Shown: piece after piece, positions 40,015 through 51,041 of the stretch
How positions within the stretch are numbered: position 1 is the stretch's first letter
How the letters are laid out: each line of letters opens with the position of its first letter
Source: Bigelowiella natans CCMP2755
Taxonomy: Eukaryota > Protista > Cercozoa
Direction: 5' to 3'
DNA length: 51,041 nucleotides
Assembly (NCBI GenBank): GCA_000320545.1
Contig: ADNK01003392.1
Span: forward strand, 1-51,041
The notes under the pieces: generated by a model
Database searches by the model: none
What the model saw: only the letters and a program-made list of their open reading frames with translations
What the model was told of the DNA's origin: nothing
Program-made: the position numbers and the translations under genes

Positions 40015-41702
40015 GACCCATGCGCCATCTTGTCTTGTTCAATTTACCAAAGGATTCTGAAAAAGATATCAGCAGCGAGTAAAAACTAAAAACAGCAGTA
40101 GTAGTAGTGGTGTCGTGGTAGTGAAACTGAAATAAAGAAACCAATTTAAAAGCAAAATTCTCCCTTTTCCTCTCTAATTTCGATGAACTATGTGCATATT
40201 TGGCACTCAGATTGTTATTTTTTGTATGCATGCAGATTTAGACAGCTAAAAGATAAAATCAGCAACATTGTTAACTTCGAAGCAGGAATGATGAAACAGC
40301 CGTTGATGAAAGCACAACAAGGTGATAGTGTACGTGATCCAGCACTTATCCTGCGTAGGGATTGTGTTTAGATTATGTAATGGGTGTGTACAAAATTATC
40401 ACAAAACTAAATTTTTGCACAAATTTTGAACAATGAATATTCAAATTGTTGGTTGAAAGCAAATGAATTAGTACACAATATATATTCACGTCTTGACTTA
40501 CAGGTAAATTAAGTCATGCTTTCTTGGTTACGTTCACGAATAAAGCCGCAAGGAATAAATATTTACCACATCCCGAGCACAAAAAGTGTGTGTAACATTT
40601 ATGGTAGTAGAGGGAGAAAAATAGGATCCTTGATTCTCGAATTCTCTCGGAGCACGCTTGCAATAAAACTTGATACCGTGGGTTTACTGTTTCTATTCTT
40701 TGTATCATTTCGATACAATTAACATAATTAAATATGGTGAAAGAATTAAATACAGTAAGGAGACAACGTATAATAAATATGGCCTCGCAAATCAATAATT
40801 ATAGTTGTCGATTTTCGATTTTCATCGTTGTCAGTATCACTTATCTTATCATTTATCATGTTTATTCCAACATCTCTCTTTCTCAAAGATTTGTATCTAA
40901 GGTGAAGCCTTATCTGACGAAGTCACTTACAGTATTTGATTACGCACCCTCCACATTTACAACTGATATTCCGACGAAAGAGTGCAAAAGTAAAAACAAC
41001 AACAAAATCAACAACGGAAACAACGTGACTTCTTCAATAACTGGTCAGTCTCCTAGACATATCAACAGCAAAGATAAAAATGAAGCAAAAACTATGCTTG
41101 CATATGTGCATATGTGTATGTGTAAGGGTGCTCGCACGCACAATTTGGATTTTAATTGACACAAAACGCACAACAAAAAACATACGAAAAAAAAGGTTGT
41201 GTATGATATTTCAGAATTAGAATAATTCAACTTGCTAATTTGTGTACATTAAGAATTTATGTGCATTAGGAGGCAGTTTGTCAGTTCTGATAGTTTGCCT
41301 TCCTGACAAAGTAAATCTAGCTTCCTTTCTTAAGAGCTGCAAGGATGCAGCACATAAGGTCTGATCGATAGAGTTTTTATCCTCTTACTCGACTGAAAAC
41401 AGTTTCACTAGACAAAAATTCACGTCTACATGGAGTGGGGAGCAATGGCAAACAGCACTATCGAAGTAGATCTCGCACAAAAGGGGAGTCATATCGTTCT
41501 CTTGCGATTTGCGAACGCAAAAGCAGCAGCGACATTCTCTTCGCACCAAGCCTGGACATCATGGATAGAGAAAGTCTGTCAATGCGACAAGAAATGCACC
41601 ATGAGTACAAGTAGCACTGAAAGCCCCAGTAAAAGTTTTGAGGACGAACAAAGCCTGCTACCGAGTTTAGTGACTTATTTTAACGTCCCACAGATTTCAT
41701 GA
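40015..41702 (+). CDS. Stress-responsive A/B-barrel (Dabb) domain protein, copy 1
   Basis: Exons give MRHLVLFNL...FRQLKDKISNIVNFEAG...SHAFLVTFTNKAARNKYLPHPEHKK/FVSKVKPYL..LTVFDY, plus a second degenerate barrel (MEWG...SHIVLLRF). First exon not located. Confidence 0.88.
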
Positions 41703-41994
41703 CATCTCCTAGAGCTAGCGGTAGCTAGAGATTGGACAAGAGCTAATTTTGGTAAAACACTTAGATCGCCAATGCTGTCCACGGTCTAGACGGTGTTACC
41801 CACCGTGAAAGTCCACATCAATCATTCTTAACCGTGATCACAATGTGACTAGAGCAAACGTGTTCATGAATGGCATAGCTATGAACAGTGCAGTAACAGT
41901 GTTACCCCAGCATCATGATGAAGAATTCGTGGAGCATCACTAGCAGCATTGCTGAGCATAGCGCAATGCTCATGATTTTGGATGTGAATACTAA

Positions 41995-43105
41995 TTCTCG
42001 TCATTGTCATGGTTTTCGTTGTTGTCTTCACCCTCATTTTGGGTTCCAATGCTTTGGGTTTCGTGAATTGTCTCAATGAATGTTTCAGCGCATTGCAAGA
42101 AACGCTATCCTTCAAAACAATGAAGCATTGCATGGTGTCACGCAGCATCGCGCGTGGCACGCACTCCAGTTCTAGCACTGCCGTGTGCGCAAGCATCGCT
42201 GAGCAGCATCACCGTGACACTCTCTCCAGCTATTCAACATCGGCGATCCCAGGCAATCTTGCTAAAACACTAGAACGTGACATCATGCACGTGTTGATCT
42301 TGTCTGCTCTGGTGCCGTTTTTTTTTTTGCACAAGCAACTCCAGAACTCATGGGATGCAATGCAAGCAAGCTAGCAAGCACCAAGCTCTGCTGGTCTGCC
42401 TCCAGAAAATTGCGAGGATTTCCTCGTTCAATTGAGTGCGCAGCTGCAACTGCGATTTTCCCGGGTCAGGACTTGTTGGTGCACGCGCTGGTGAGCAGGC
42501 TACCCAGCTGTGCGTGCTTGGCTAGTTGGATGAATGAGTGAGTGAACAAAGCATTGATCAAATCCACATGCGCCAGAACCACATGGGAGACAGGCGTGTG
42601 CATGCAGCAGCGCCTCAACAAAAATCATTGCGAGGACTTGTCAGCACCCTGTTGGCGGTGAGCAGTGACACAACCAACTGACAACCTGCATCTGAGGAAG
42701 CTGAAGATGATGAGTTGAGGGTGGGTGGACGAACGGTCACGCGCTGCCTAGCTGCATGCGTTCTTCATTGTTCATTGTTCATTGTTTGCGAAAATGGCAA
42801 CTGGGCTGAAACCACGATTGCATGAAACTTCATGAGACTTCGAACAAGAGGCGTTCCTCTTCATTAGCTCACTCAATGAATCTCATCGCAAACTCAACCC
42901 AGTCTAGCAGTGGCTAGAGTGGGGGAGGGGGCACGTGGCACCTCCTCTGCAACAGCGACAACCAAGTGAACATCGACTTCATTCACATTTGGGAGTCATT
43001 TTGGTCAAACATCCATCGCTGAAACATCCAAAAGAAGACTGACATTTTGAAAAGTGTTTTGACTGTCACCGATGTGCTTTTCATTTTTCTAGTTTTTTGT
43101 CGAAC
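41995..43105. repeat. Degenerate repeat-derived, TpA-depleted segment
   Basis: All remaining TA are in CTA or TAG context. Includes a second copy of the ~90-bp element at 14835-14927. Confidence 0.65.
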
Positions 43106-43226
43106 ATACATCTGGTAAATTTCCTGTGGTTGAGAATTTCCGATGTTTCTAGGACAAATCCTCTGCGAATTCCCAATTTTCCTTTCCATCGTCTCGAGCG
43201 CCAGTGGGGGGTGGCGAACCCGAGCG

Positions 43227-43662
43227 ATGAAGCGGCTACGCACAGCTCCGAAGTTAGCGCGCAGATCGACACAAAGCCTAGCCTGCTATCACCACCGCGC
43301 TTGGTTCTGCTCTCATTCGAAGGGTCCGGTGGCCGTGGCGCTCTCCGGGGGTGTAGGTACGTCAGAAACATCATGTAAAAAAAGCATGTGTTACGAGTCG
43401 AACGCAAATAAGAGCGGCAATCGTGAATGCATGTTCTGCCCGACGCAGACTCCGCGGTCGTCGCCGCCCTCTTGAAGGAACAAGGCCAGGATGTCGTTGC
43501 GGTGCACATGTCGAATTGGGATAGCTTCGATGAGAAGGGCGAGTGCGAAGGGGAGAAGGACAAAGAAGTCGCAAGGGCCGTCTGTACGTAACCCCCCTCT
43601 TAACGTGACTATCATATAATATATGATGGATCAAAATTGCCATTGTTTTTAACTTTGTTGAC

Positions 43663-43709
<47 letters not shown>

Positions 43710-44541
43710 CTGTCTGTTTTTATCCCCCCACCCCCCCTTTCGCACGTTCCCTCCCGCCATCTAACCCCCTCTCAATATTCGTGGGTGCGTCTGCTCATGG
43801 CATAGGCAAACACCTCGATATCGAGCTGCACGAAATCTCCTTCGTGAATGAATACTGGACATTAGTATTTCAGGTGACGTGCGGAGTGAGAGTAGTAGTT
43901 TGTACAACATAGCTGCTCTTTTCCTACGCCTGCTCTCCTATGTCCCCATCTTTTTCTCTCTCCCTTCTCATGGTCTCGTCTACCCTTTTAAGGAGCTGTT
44001 GGATGGATATGAGCGCGGCGTGACGCCGAATCCAGATATACTTTGCAACCGACACATCAAATTCGATGCTCTTCTCGACTATGCACGGTAGCGTCTCTAT
44101 CTCTTTCGCACAACCAAGAGCCTTAAGTTCTAAAGTTCAAAGACTTGGATCATACGCACATCGTAGATTCTTTCCTTAGTCCTTGCGACACCTTTAGTGC
44201 TGTCTTCGTGCCTAAGATATAAATTATTGCTCACCATCCCATTACGTCTATGTTATCATCATCAACATCAGCATAGTTTATCGCAATATCTATTGCAATT
44301 ATTTGATTCTCCCTCCTCTCCTCCCTCCCCCTCCCTCTCCCCCTCTCCCCCCTTCTCTCTCTTTCTATCGTTTTTCTTTTCCGACGAAACCCTTCGCTCT
44401 CTTCACTCGCGCGATGGATTCGAATGTAAAAGAGACCGGCTCGGGGCAAGGAGCCTTGCCACCGGGCATTACGCAAAGGTGACTCATGCTTTGCGTGTAG
44501 CAGCAGTAGTAGCGTGAGTTAATAATAGAGAAAGTCAGTAA

Positions 44542-44576
<35 letters not shown>

Positions 44577-44707
44577 AGTGTGTGCGGGTTGATCATGTTA
44601 TGACATCGACTGGAAACAACAAAAGAGTAGGATGAAATATAGCGTTTTTGCCGGGAATTAGAAGTTGAGGCATTGCCTTTTGTGCAGTGGCTGGATCACA
44701 CCTGCAA

Positions 44708-44752
<45 letters not shown>

Positions 44753-45036
44753 GTATGTATATATGTGTGTGTGTGTGTGTGTGTAGATCGAAGTTGGGGA
44801 GGACAATAAAACCGTAAACTTGTGTCAGGCGGCTGATAGCAAAAAGGTCAAAGCAGCAGCAATGACTTGTGCCTAATGTAGTTGGTTTTTCCGTGAGAGC
44901 GAAAAGAGCGCTTATGTGTGGAGTTGTTTGCGGGGTGCTCACACTTCCCGATGCAGCGCTCCCTCCTCAATTATAGGCGACAAGCTTCTGCATACAACTT
45001 TGTATGAATATACACATATACGCATATATAAATATA

Positions 45037-45072
<36 letters not shown>

Positions 45073-45100
45073 TTGAGTAAATTGAGTAAAGTGTATTTAG

Positions 45101-45131
<31 letters not shown>

Positions 45132-46116
45132 TATGTATTCAAAATTATAGATGTGTGTGTGTGTGTGCGTGTGTGTGTAGGTTTGTGTGCAATATTATGG
45201 TATATATCTTCAATGATTTGGTGTTTGCACATTATTCAGGACCAAACGTATTTTCTGTCCTCCGTTCGACAAGAGTCTCTCCCCTTCATCCAGCTCCCGC
45301 TCGCTGAATACACCAAAGCGCAGGTATCAGCAGGGGAACCGGGGGGGGGGGGGGGGGGGGTCGCACCCATGTTGAGTACTTAACGGATAAGCTACACTCG
45401 CAAAAATGCGACGAAATCGACAGACGTCGGAGGGGGGAGGGCAGATTAAATGGGAGAATAAAATAGTATTTCCAATGATTCCAAAAAAAAAAAATAGCGC
45501 ATAAATGGCATGAAGATACAACACAATTTTCTGTATTAAGGTACGAAACCTGGCTCGAGACAAAGGCCTCCCCAACGCTGATAAAAGGGCCTCAGCCGGC
45601 ATTTGCATGGTTGGGCGACGGCGATTTGATACATTCATTCAAGGGTATAACGCGCAAGACAATGGATCTTCTTATAGTGTGATAGTTTTACGTTCTCTGG
45701 TGCTCTGAGGCCTCTGCAAATTGAGGGATTATGATGTTGATTTCAGGTATTTACGAGAAAATCCCGGTTGGTTCATCGATCTGCAGGGGAATCGACTGCA
45801 TCAGCACCAAGTAGATTCCTTTTTAGGCGAAGGGGGGGGTTGTCGCGTCGCAGTTTGTTTCACCATCAAAGACCGTATTCCCGCATTGTGAGTTTACTTA
45901 GTCGAATACACAACAACAGGGACTTCATTTCTGGACGATTGGTCAGCGCGCGAAGATCCCAAACATGGAAGCTGCTTGGTTTGTGGCGCACCGAGATGCG
46001 GCCTCTAATTCGGTAGTTGGCGTACATTTGTTTTATAGTTTATATATGTATCATTTATTTATGTTCAATACATTAATTTGGAAATATTATATTATATAAC
46101 ACCTTTATAAGAAAAG

Positions 46117-46156
<40 letters not shown>

Positions 46157-46166
46157 TTATATATAC

Positions 46167-46198
<32 letters not shown>

Positions 46199-47491
46199 CT
46201 GTGTGTAGTTGTGTGTGTGATATGTACATTTCCAGCAATACTTGTTTATTCGTTTTGCAAATACATGCTGCACGTGTGATGAGGCCTAGTGTCTGCTTTG
46301 GCATCATTCGGCTCACCGTATCTCTCCTTGCCTTCGTGTGTGTGTTGGTGTGTGCTCGTGGTGTTCACGGTACAGGTTGTAGTCTGTGATAGGCAGCACC
46401 CGTCGCTGAATGTACGTGTAAAGCTAGAGATTTATCAAGACAATTAAATGTTTCTAATTCTTCCTACCATATTTTCAAATCGTGCTGCATTCACATATGT
46501 TGTTGATCTTCAGGGGAGACGACTGCTTGTTCGTGATATCAACTGGTTCGATTCGGGGAGACATCTAAAAGAAAGTCTGCTCGCTGCTGCTGAAGGTGCC
46601 ATAGGTAGTGCTCGTGGGGTTGGACGTCGATGTTAAGAGGGAAATGGGGAAACCAAAAAGGGAAAAGGCCAGGCGGTTTTTGTCCTGCGGTTTTGTCGCA
46701 AGACAGAAAGCAATCTAGTCTCGCTTCAGAGCTGTTCGGAATTTCTCTCCGAAGAGATTTAGAAAACCATTGAGTTTTTGGGTGATATGCCGCAGCAAAG
46801 ATTTCAAGATCTTGATCGACTGTGCTTGAGTCCCTTCACATTCTTGAGGAAAAGCTTGTTATGTGTTCGTAGATTCTTGCATTGCTTTAGTTCTTCTCCT
46901 GTGATCGTTAATTGCACAGATGATCCGGAGAAACGGTTCTTGCAGGTGGGGGTTAGAGCACGGCATCAGCAGCTCGTTAAAACATCCCGTGTGGCCGCAC
47001 GTCACTTCCAAGGCCAACTCGTGGTAAAGGCGAATGGATTCTAGATAGTGTTTTTTATATCTTTGCGAAATACTGCATGATGTGCATGCAGCTGACTTTG
47101 AGATGTGTGCTGTCCGAGCGCACATGGAAATCGGGTGTAGGTATTTTGCGAGGTAGCTGGGGGGACCTCTTTTGGACGTGTACGCGGGCATGTGGGCGCG
47201 TGCGTATTTTTGTGTTGTGGTTGCACAGAGCGTGACTTTCCCGTCGTTATTTTTGACTAACCAAGACCGTTTATCTCTCACGACAAATAGCTTCAAGTGG
47301 AGATGGAGAGCGAGATGTTTGCCCCAGCCGAGGGACAAGCTGTGTCGTTTTACCTCGGGGACGTGTGCGTAGCTGGAGGGGCAATAGGCCTTGTTCTGGA
47401 CAGACATCAACACCTGCTAGATGCTCCGGTCGACCTAAGTGCATTTGAGGAAGCCAGCGCAATATGCAATGATGGTATCAACCACAGCTAG
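43227..47491 (+). CDS. mnmA: tRNA-specific 2-thiouridylase MnmA/TRMU, probably mitochondrial
   Basis: Arg-rich presequence, then [54 protein letters not shown] and C-terminal [19 protein letters not shown], across many GT-AG introns. Confidence 0.95.
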
Positions 47492-48261
47492 CGGAGGCAT
47501 TACTAAAGACATCAGCGATATCCAGCAACGGCCAAGATAGTAAAGCCAATGGTGGTGAAGACAGGCCTTTTCAGAGTTCGGAGGCGGGTATAATCTGCAT
47601 CCCTTGTGTTATTCGCAATGACGTTCTGAACTCGTTTGTGTACGCACCCACGTACACATGGAAATAACCGAATAACGATCTTTGGTGTTCGACGCACTAG
47701 CGCATGCAACCTATCAACGTCAATCACAAATCCATTGTTCTAGTGTTCTTTACTGCTGCACAATAATGGGCGCGTTTCACATGCAAGCCCTGTCGTCACT
47801 GCATGCATGCATGAGCACATATAATGAGATCTCAAAACGGTAACACATCTAGATACGCTAAAGCTGCGCCAGCATTTAGTGCATCCCATACACGTGCCGG
47901 CCAATTTCGCTACATTGGTTACTAGGCCATTCACTCGTGACAAACACTGATACTGAATGACTTCAGAACTCATCGCAAGTCATGCACTACACACTACTTG
48001 CCAATGCACATCAACAACAGTGATCATTGAGCACAGTCTGGCTGCTCGAAAGCTCTCCCATTCATTCCATGCTACAGGCTGCACATGAAGTCGTCGCCTG
48101 GTTGCATGTTGTCCAAACACAGCAACCTCCACCCTTCACGGAGGGGGATATACTGTACAATGAGAGTCGTGCGTGAGCGGCACATTTCATTTCGATGGAC
48201 GCGGCGGAGATGTAGCACATCAAGCGCCCCGCCCCCTCTAATCAGCCAGCGACCAGCGCGG

Positions 48262-48895
48262 TCACGAAACCTGCGAGATGGTGAAGAACGCCACCACTTG
48301 CTGCACGAGCGCTTTTTGCCCCCCTCCCCCATCAGCCTTACTACCACTAGAGCTCTCCTTGCTACCTGAGGACGATGACGACGACTCTGCGCTGCTACTG
48401 CTCTCGTCGCCACGGCACATTCTCCGCATCCACGAGGCCCAGGCCTGGTGCTTCGAGAACACCTCTGCCGCGCTTTCGTTCTCAAAGCGCATGAGGACGA
48501 TATGACTCGCCTTCTGCGCGAGGTTGATCTCGCCCGTACTGTTGATCATCCCCCCCCACTCTATGCAGACGGGCACCTTCGTCTGTGGTTTTGGTTGAAT
48601 AGAATGATAATCAGGATAACAGTTTTGTCCTCCAGGACAAGACAGATGTGAGGGACGATGATAGGTTGAGGATAGAGTGAGAGGAGACCGCGCGGTGTCA
48701 AAGACAACGTCACCTCATGCGCTGCGTCTTTACAGCCCTTGGCGAAGGAGATGGGATCGACTTTACTCCTCAGCCTGACTAGAAGGACGGACATGCTGCT
48801 CCCCCCCCCTCCTATGATGATGATGACGATGATGATGATGATGAGCCGCAAATCACAACTATACCACGTATTTATAATCTAAATATGTGTGTATT

Positions 48896-48936
<41 letters not shown>

Positions 48937-49875
48937 ATACCCCTAAACACGTCGTCGCACATACCTTTTGCCGTGGTTTCTTTACTTGTGCTAGATTCGC
49001 AGCCTTTTTCAGGCCCTTTAGCGCCATCACTCTTCTCCTCCCCACCCCCCCCATTGCCCACTGAGACGATGCTCGCAAGGGTGGAGGGCACGTAATCAAA
49101 CACGGTAAGGGACTGTGTCAAGAACGGTTTCACCTTCTCTACGAATCTAAGGAGGAAATGCGATGATGTTAAAGGAATAAAACGATGATGAGCGGCATTG
49201 ATGACGACGGCGTCCATCTATTGCGTTGATCTAATGTAGCTAGAATCGGCTAGTAATTGAAAAGCAATGAATTCATCCTCTCTAACACAACACGCACTTC
49301 TTGTGCTCTGGGTGTGGTAGATACGCGTCTCTCGAGTCTTTGTTCTTGAAGGTCACCAAAAAGGCGTTGGTTAGCTTTCCTACAGCAGTTTGGAAAAGGG
49401 GGAACAAGGGGGGAGGGGGGAGGTAGATAGGAGTTTCGATCGGCATTCTATCTAGTAAATCTATATGTGACATGGATGTATGAAATCATTGCATTGATCC
49501 AATATTCACCCTAATGTAGGGATACAGCGCTTATGCTGTGCTGATACATTTATCTATTGTACAATACTAATACAATAATATAATATTAACGCAAAATGCA
49601 TAATAGACAACATTCTTGCGCGCACCTTGCTGCGCCTTCATCATCGGCTGTTGGATGGAGCCATCCTGGAACTCGACTATATTGCTAATCTTCCCTCTCA
49701 AATGCCTGAATCTACGTGACGTGTGTGCGAGGGGCAAATAGTGCACGAAACAACATTTGGTAGCATGCAAATAAGGAGAAGAAGGGGAAGGGGGGATGGG
49801 GGGGCGGGTGGAAGGGATAGGCTGCCATTGGCCTTCTCATATAATATATGCACAAATTTAAAACATACAAATATA

Positions 49876-49918
<43 letters not shown>

Positions 49919-50019
49919 GTATGAGACGATATACATGCACTATTCTTAGGATTACTCTTTTGAGATTTCCTTCTCAGAATCGGTGGGCAAGTCGAACAGT
50001 ACCAGATGGCGGATGGGGC
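48262..50019 (-). CDS. Stress-responsive A/B-barrel (Dabb) domain protein, copy 2
   Basis: GPIRHLVLFDL...FRHLRGKISNIVEFQDG...TNAFLVTFKNKDSRDAYLPHPEHKK/FVEKVKPFL..LTVFDY...IEWGG...SHIVLMRF. Same exon layout as copy 1; an upstream exon is probably near 50257-50350. Confidence 0.88.
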
Positions 50020-51041
50020 CTGAGAACGTACGAGGAGGAGGGAGGGAGGGGAGGAAACCGCGATATATACAGAATATACGGTACTTCTTAAACTCCTTAT
50101 GGCAATACACGTAGCATACACTCTTAATACGATTTCTCTCCAAATCCACTACCACATGCAGTGAGATGAAGGAATAAGGTGTCGCAATCAGCACGCATCA
50201 TCATCATCATCACGCATCATCATCACGCATCATCACGCATCATCACAACGATACCCCTTTGAACCCCAGCAATCTTGGCGTTGAGCTGCGCTAACCGAAC
50301 TTGGAGCGATCGCTATTAGCGGATATCAGCACCAGCAGCAGCGGCAGTGCATTAGAGAAGGGTGTGCGAGGTGGTGGGGATTATTTTTATCATCGTAAGG
50401 TAAGTAAGGACGAAGTAGCAGCGACGAGAGTCGTCGTGAAGAGGATAAAGGAATAAACCATGGTGATAGTGAAACACCAGTGTTTTGCCTATTCCCTCTC
50501 TCTCCCTCTCTCCCTCTCTCTTACTCTCTCTCTGTCTCGGTTCGATTCTTTTACTTAACCCCCCCCCCTCCCCCTCCCCCTCCCCCCCTCTCCCTTCCCC
50601 TGTTAAACTGGAGGATGATAACAACAGCGAGGAATAATAAGCAGAGACTAGGAGTTGACATCAAACTTGCCAGCTGGAAGAAAAAGACGCCTCACCGCGC
50701 CCTTACCTACTGTCACTACTTGTAACACTGCTTCTGCTACTATGGCTGTTACTACCGCAAAGTGGGGGTGGAAATGGTCATTGGTGCCAATTTCAGATTC
50801 GAGCTCTCGCATCCAGTACCTACAGGGTCATCACACCGATTTGCGTATTCTTTATGAGCTGCGTGATGACTAATAATTCGAGTAGTATAGTATTAGCGAA
50901 ACCATACAGTATCATGATTATCACAAGCACATGAGCTTCACCCCTCCGCCACCCTCCCCCCCCCCCCCCCCCCTCGCTCCCCCCCTCCACACATCACCCG
51001 ACGTATTCGTTGAGGGAGACTAGCGCTCCTACGGGGTCGAC

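Noticed and set aside
50257-50355. In-frame TGA (possible selenocysteine) in a putative first exon of Dabb copy 2
   Set aside because: A one-base frameshift or different splicing giving a signal peptide (LPLLLVLI../LIAIAPSSVSA) is simpler; no SECIS identified.

Overview
Eukaryotic nuclear DNA: GT-AG introns, and many intronic (TA)n/(GT)n/(GA)n and poly-C/G tracts. A plastid PSRP1/HPF gene with a signal peptide plus transit peptide points to an alga with a secondary plastid (chlorarachniophyte-like; inferred). Genes: probable BTAF1/Mot1 3' end, a coiled-coil protein, an ABI-like/polyproline/WH2 actin regulator, an intronless NZF-RBR E3 ligase, an intronless multi-OB-fold protein with HMG-like repeats, PSRP1, a PhnZ-like HD protein, a CYP7-like P450, a ZCCHC8-like protein with a La motif, two inverted Dabb paralogues, MnmA/TRMU and several hypotheticals. 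A 3.5-kb pogo/Tc2-like transposon (28-bp TIRs, TA target duplication) lies between two divergent genes. The most striking signal is that repeat-derived DNA in three separate patches (about 13.95-14.94, 17.04-19.75 and 42.0-43.1 kb) has lost almost all TpA dinucleotides. Every surviving TA is in CTA or TAG context, repeat copies differ by TA versus TG/CA, and the transposase has no Tyr. This suggests a repeat-targeted A-to-G (TA to TG/CA) hypermutation system, a 'reverse RIP'. All counts and alignments were done by eye; family calls come from recalled motifs, not database searches.
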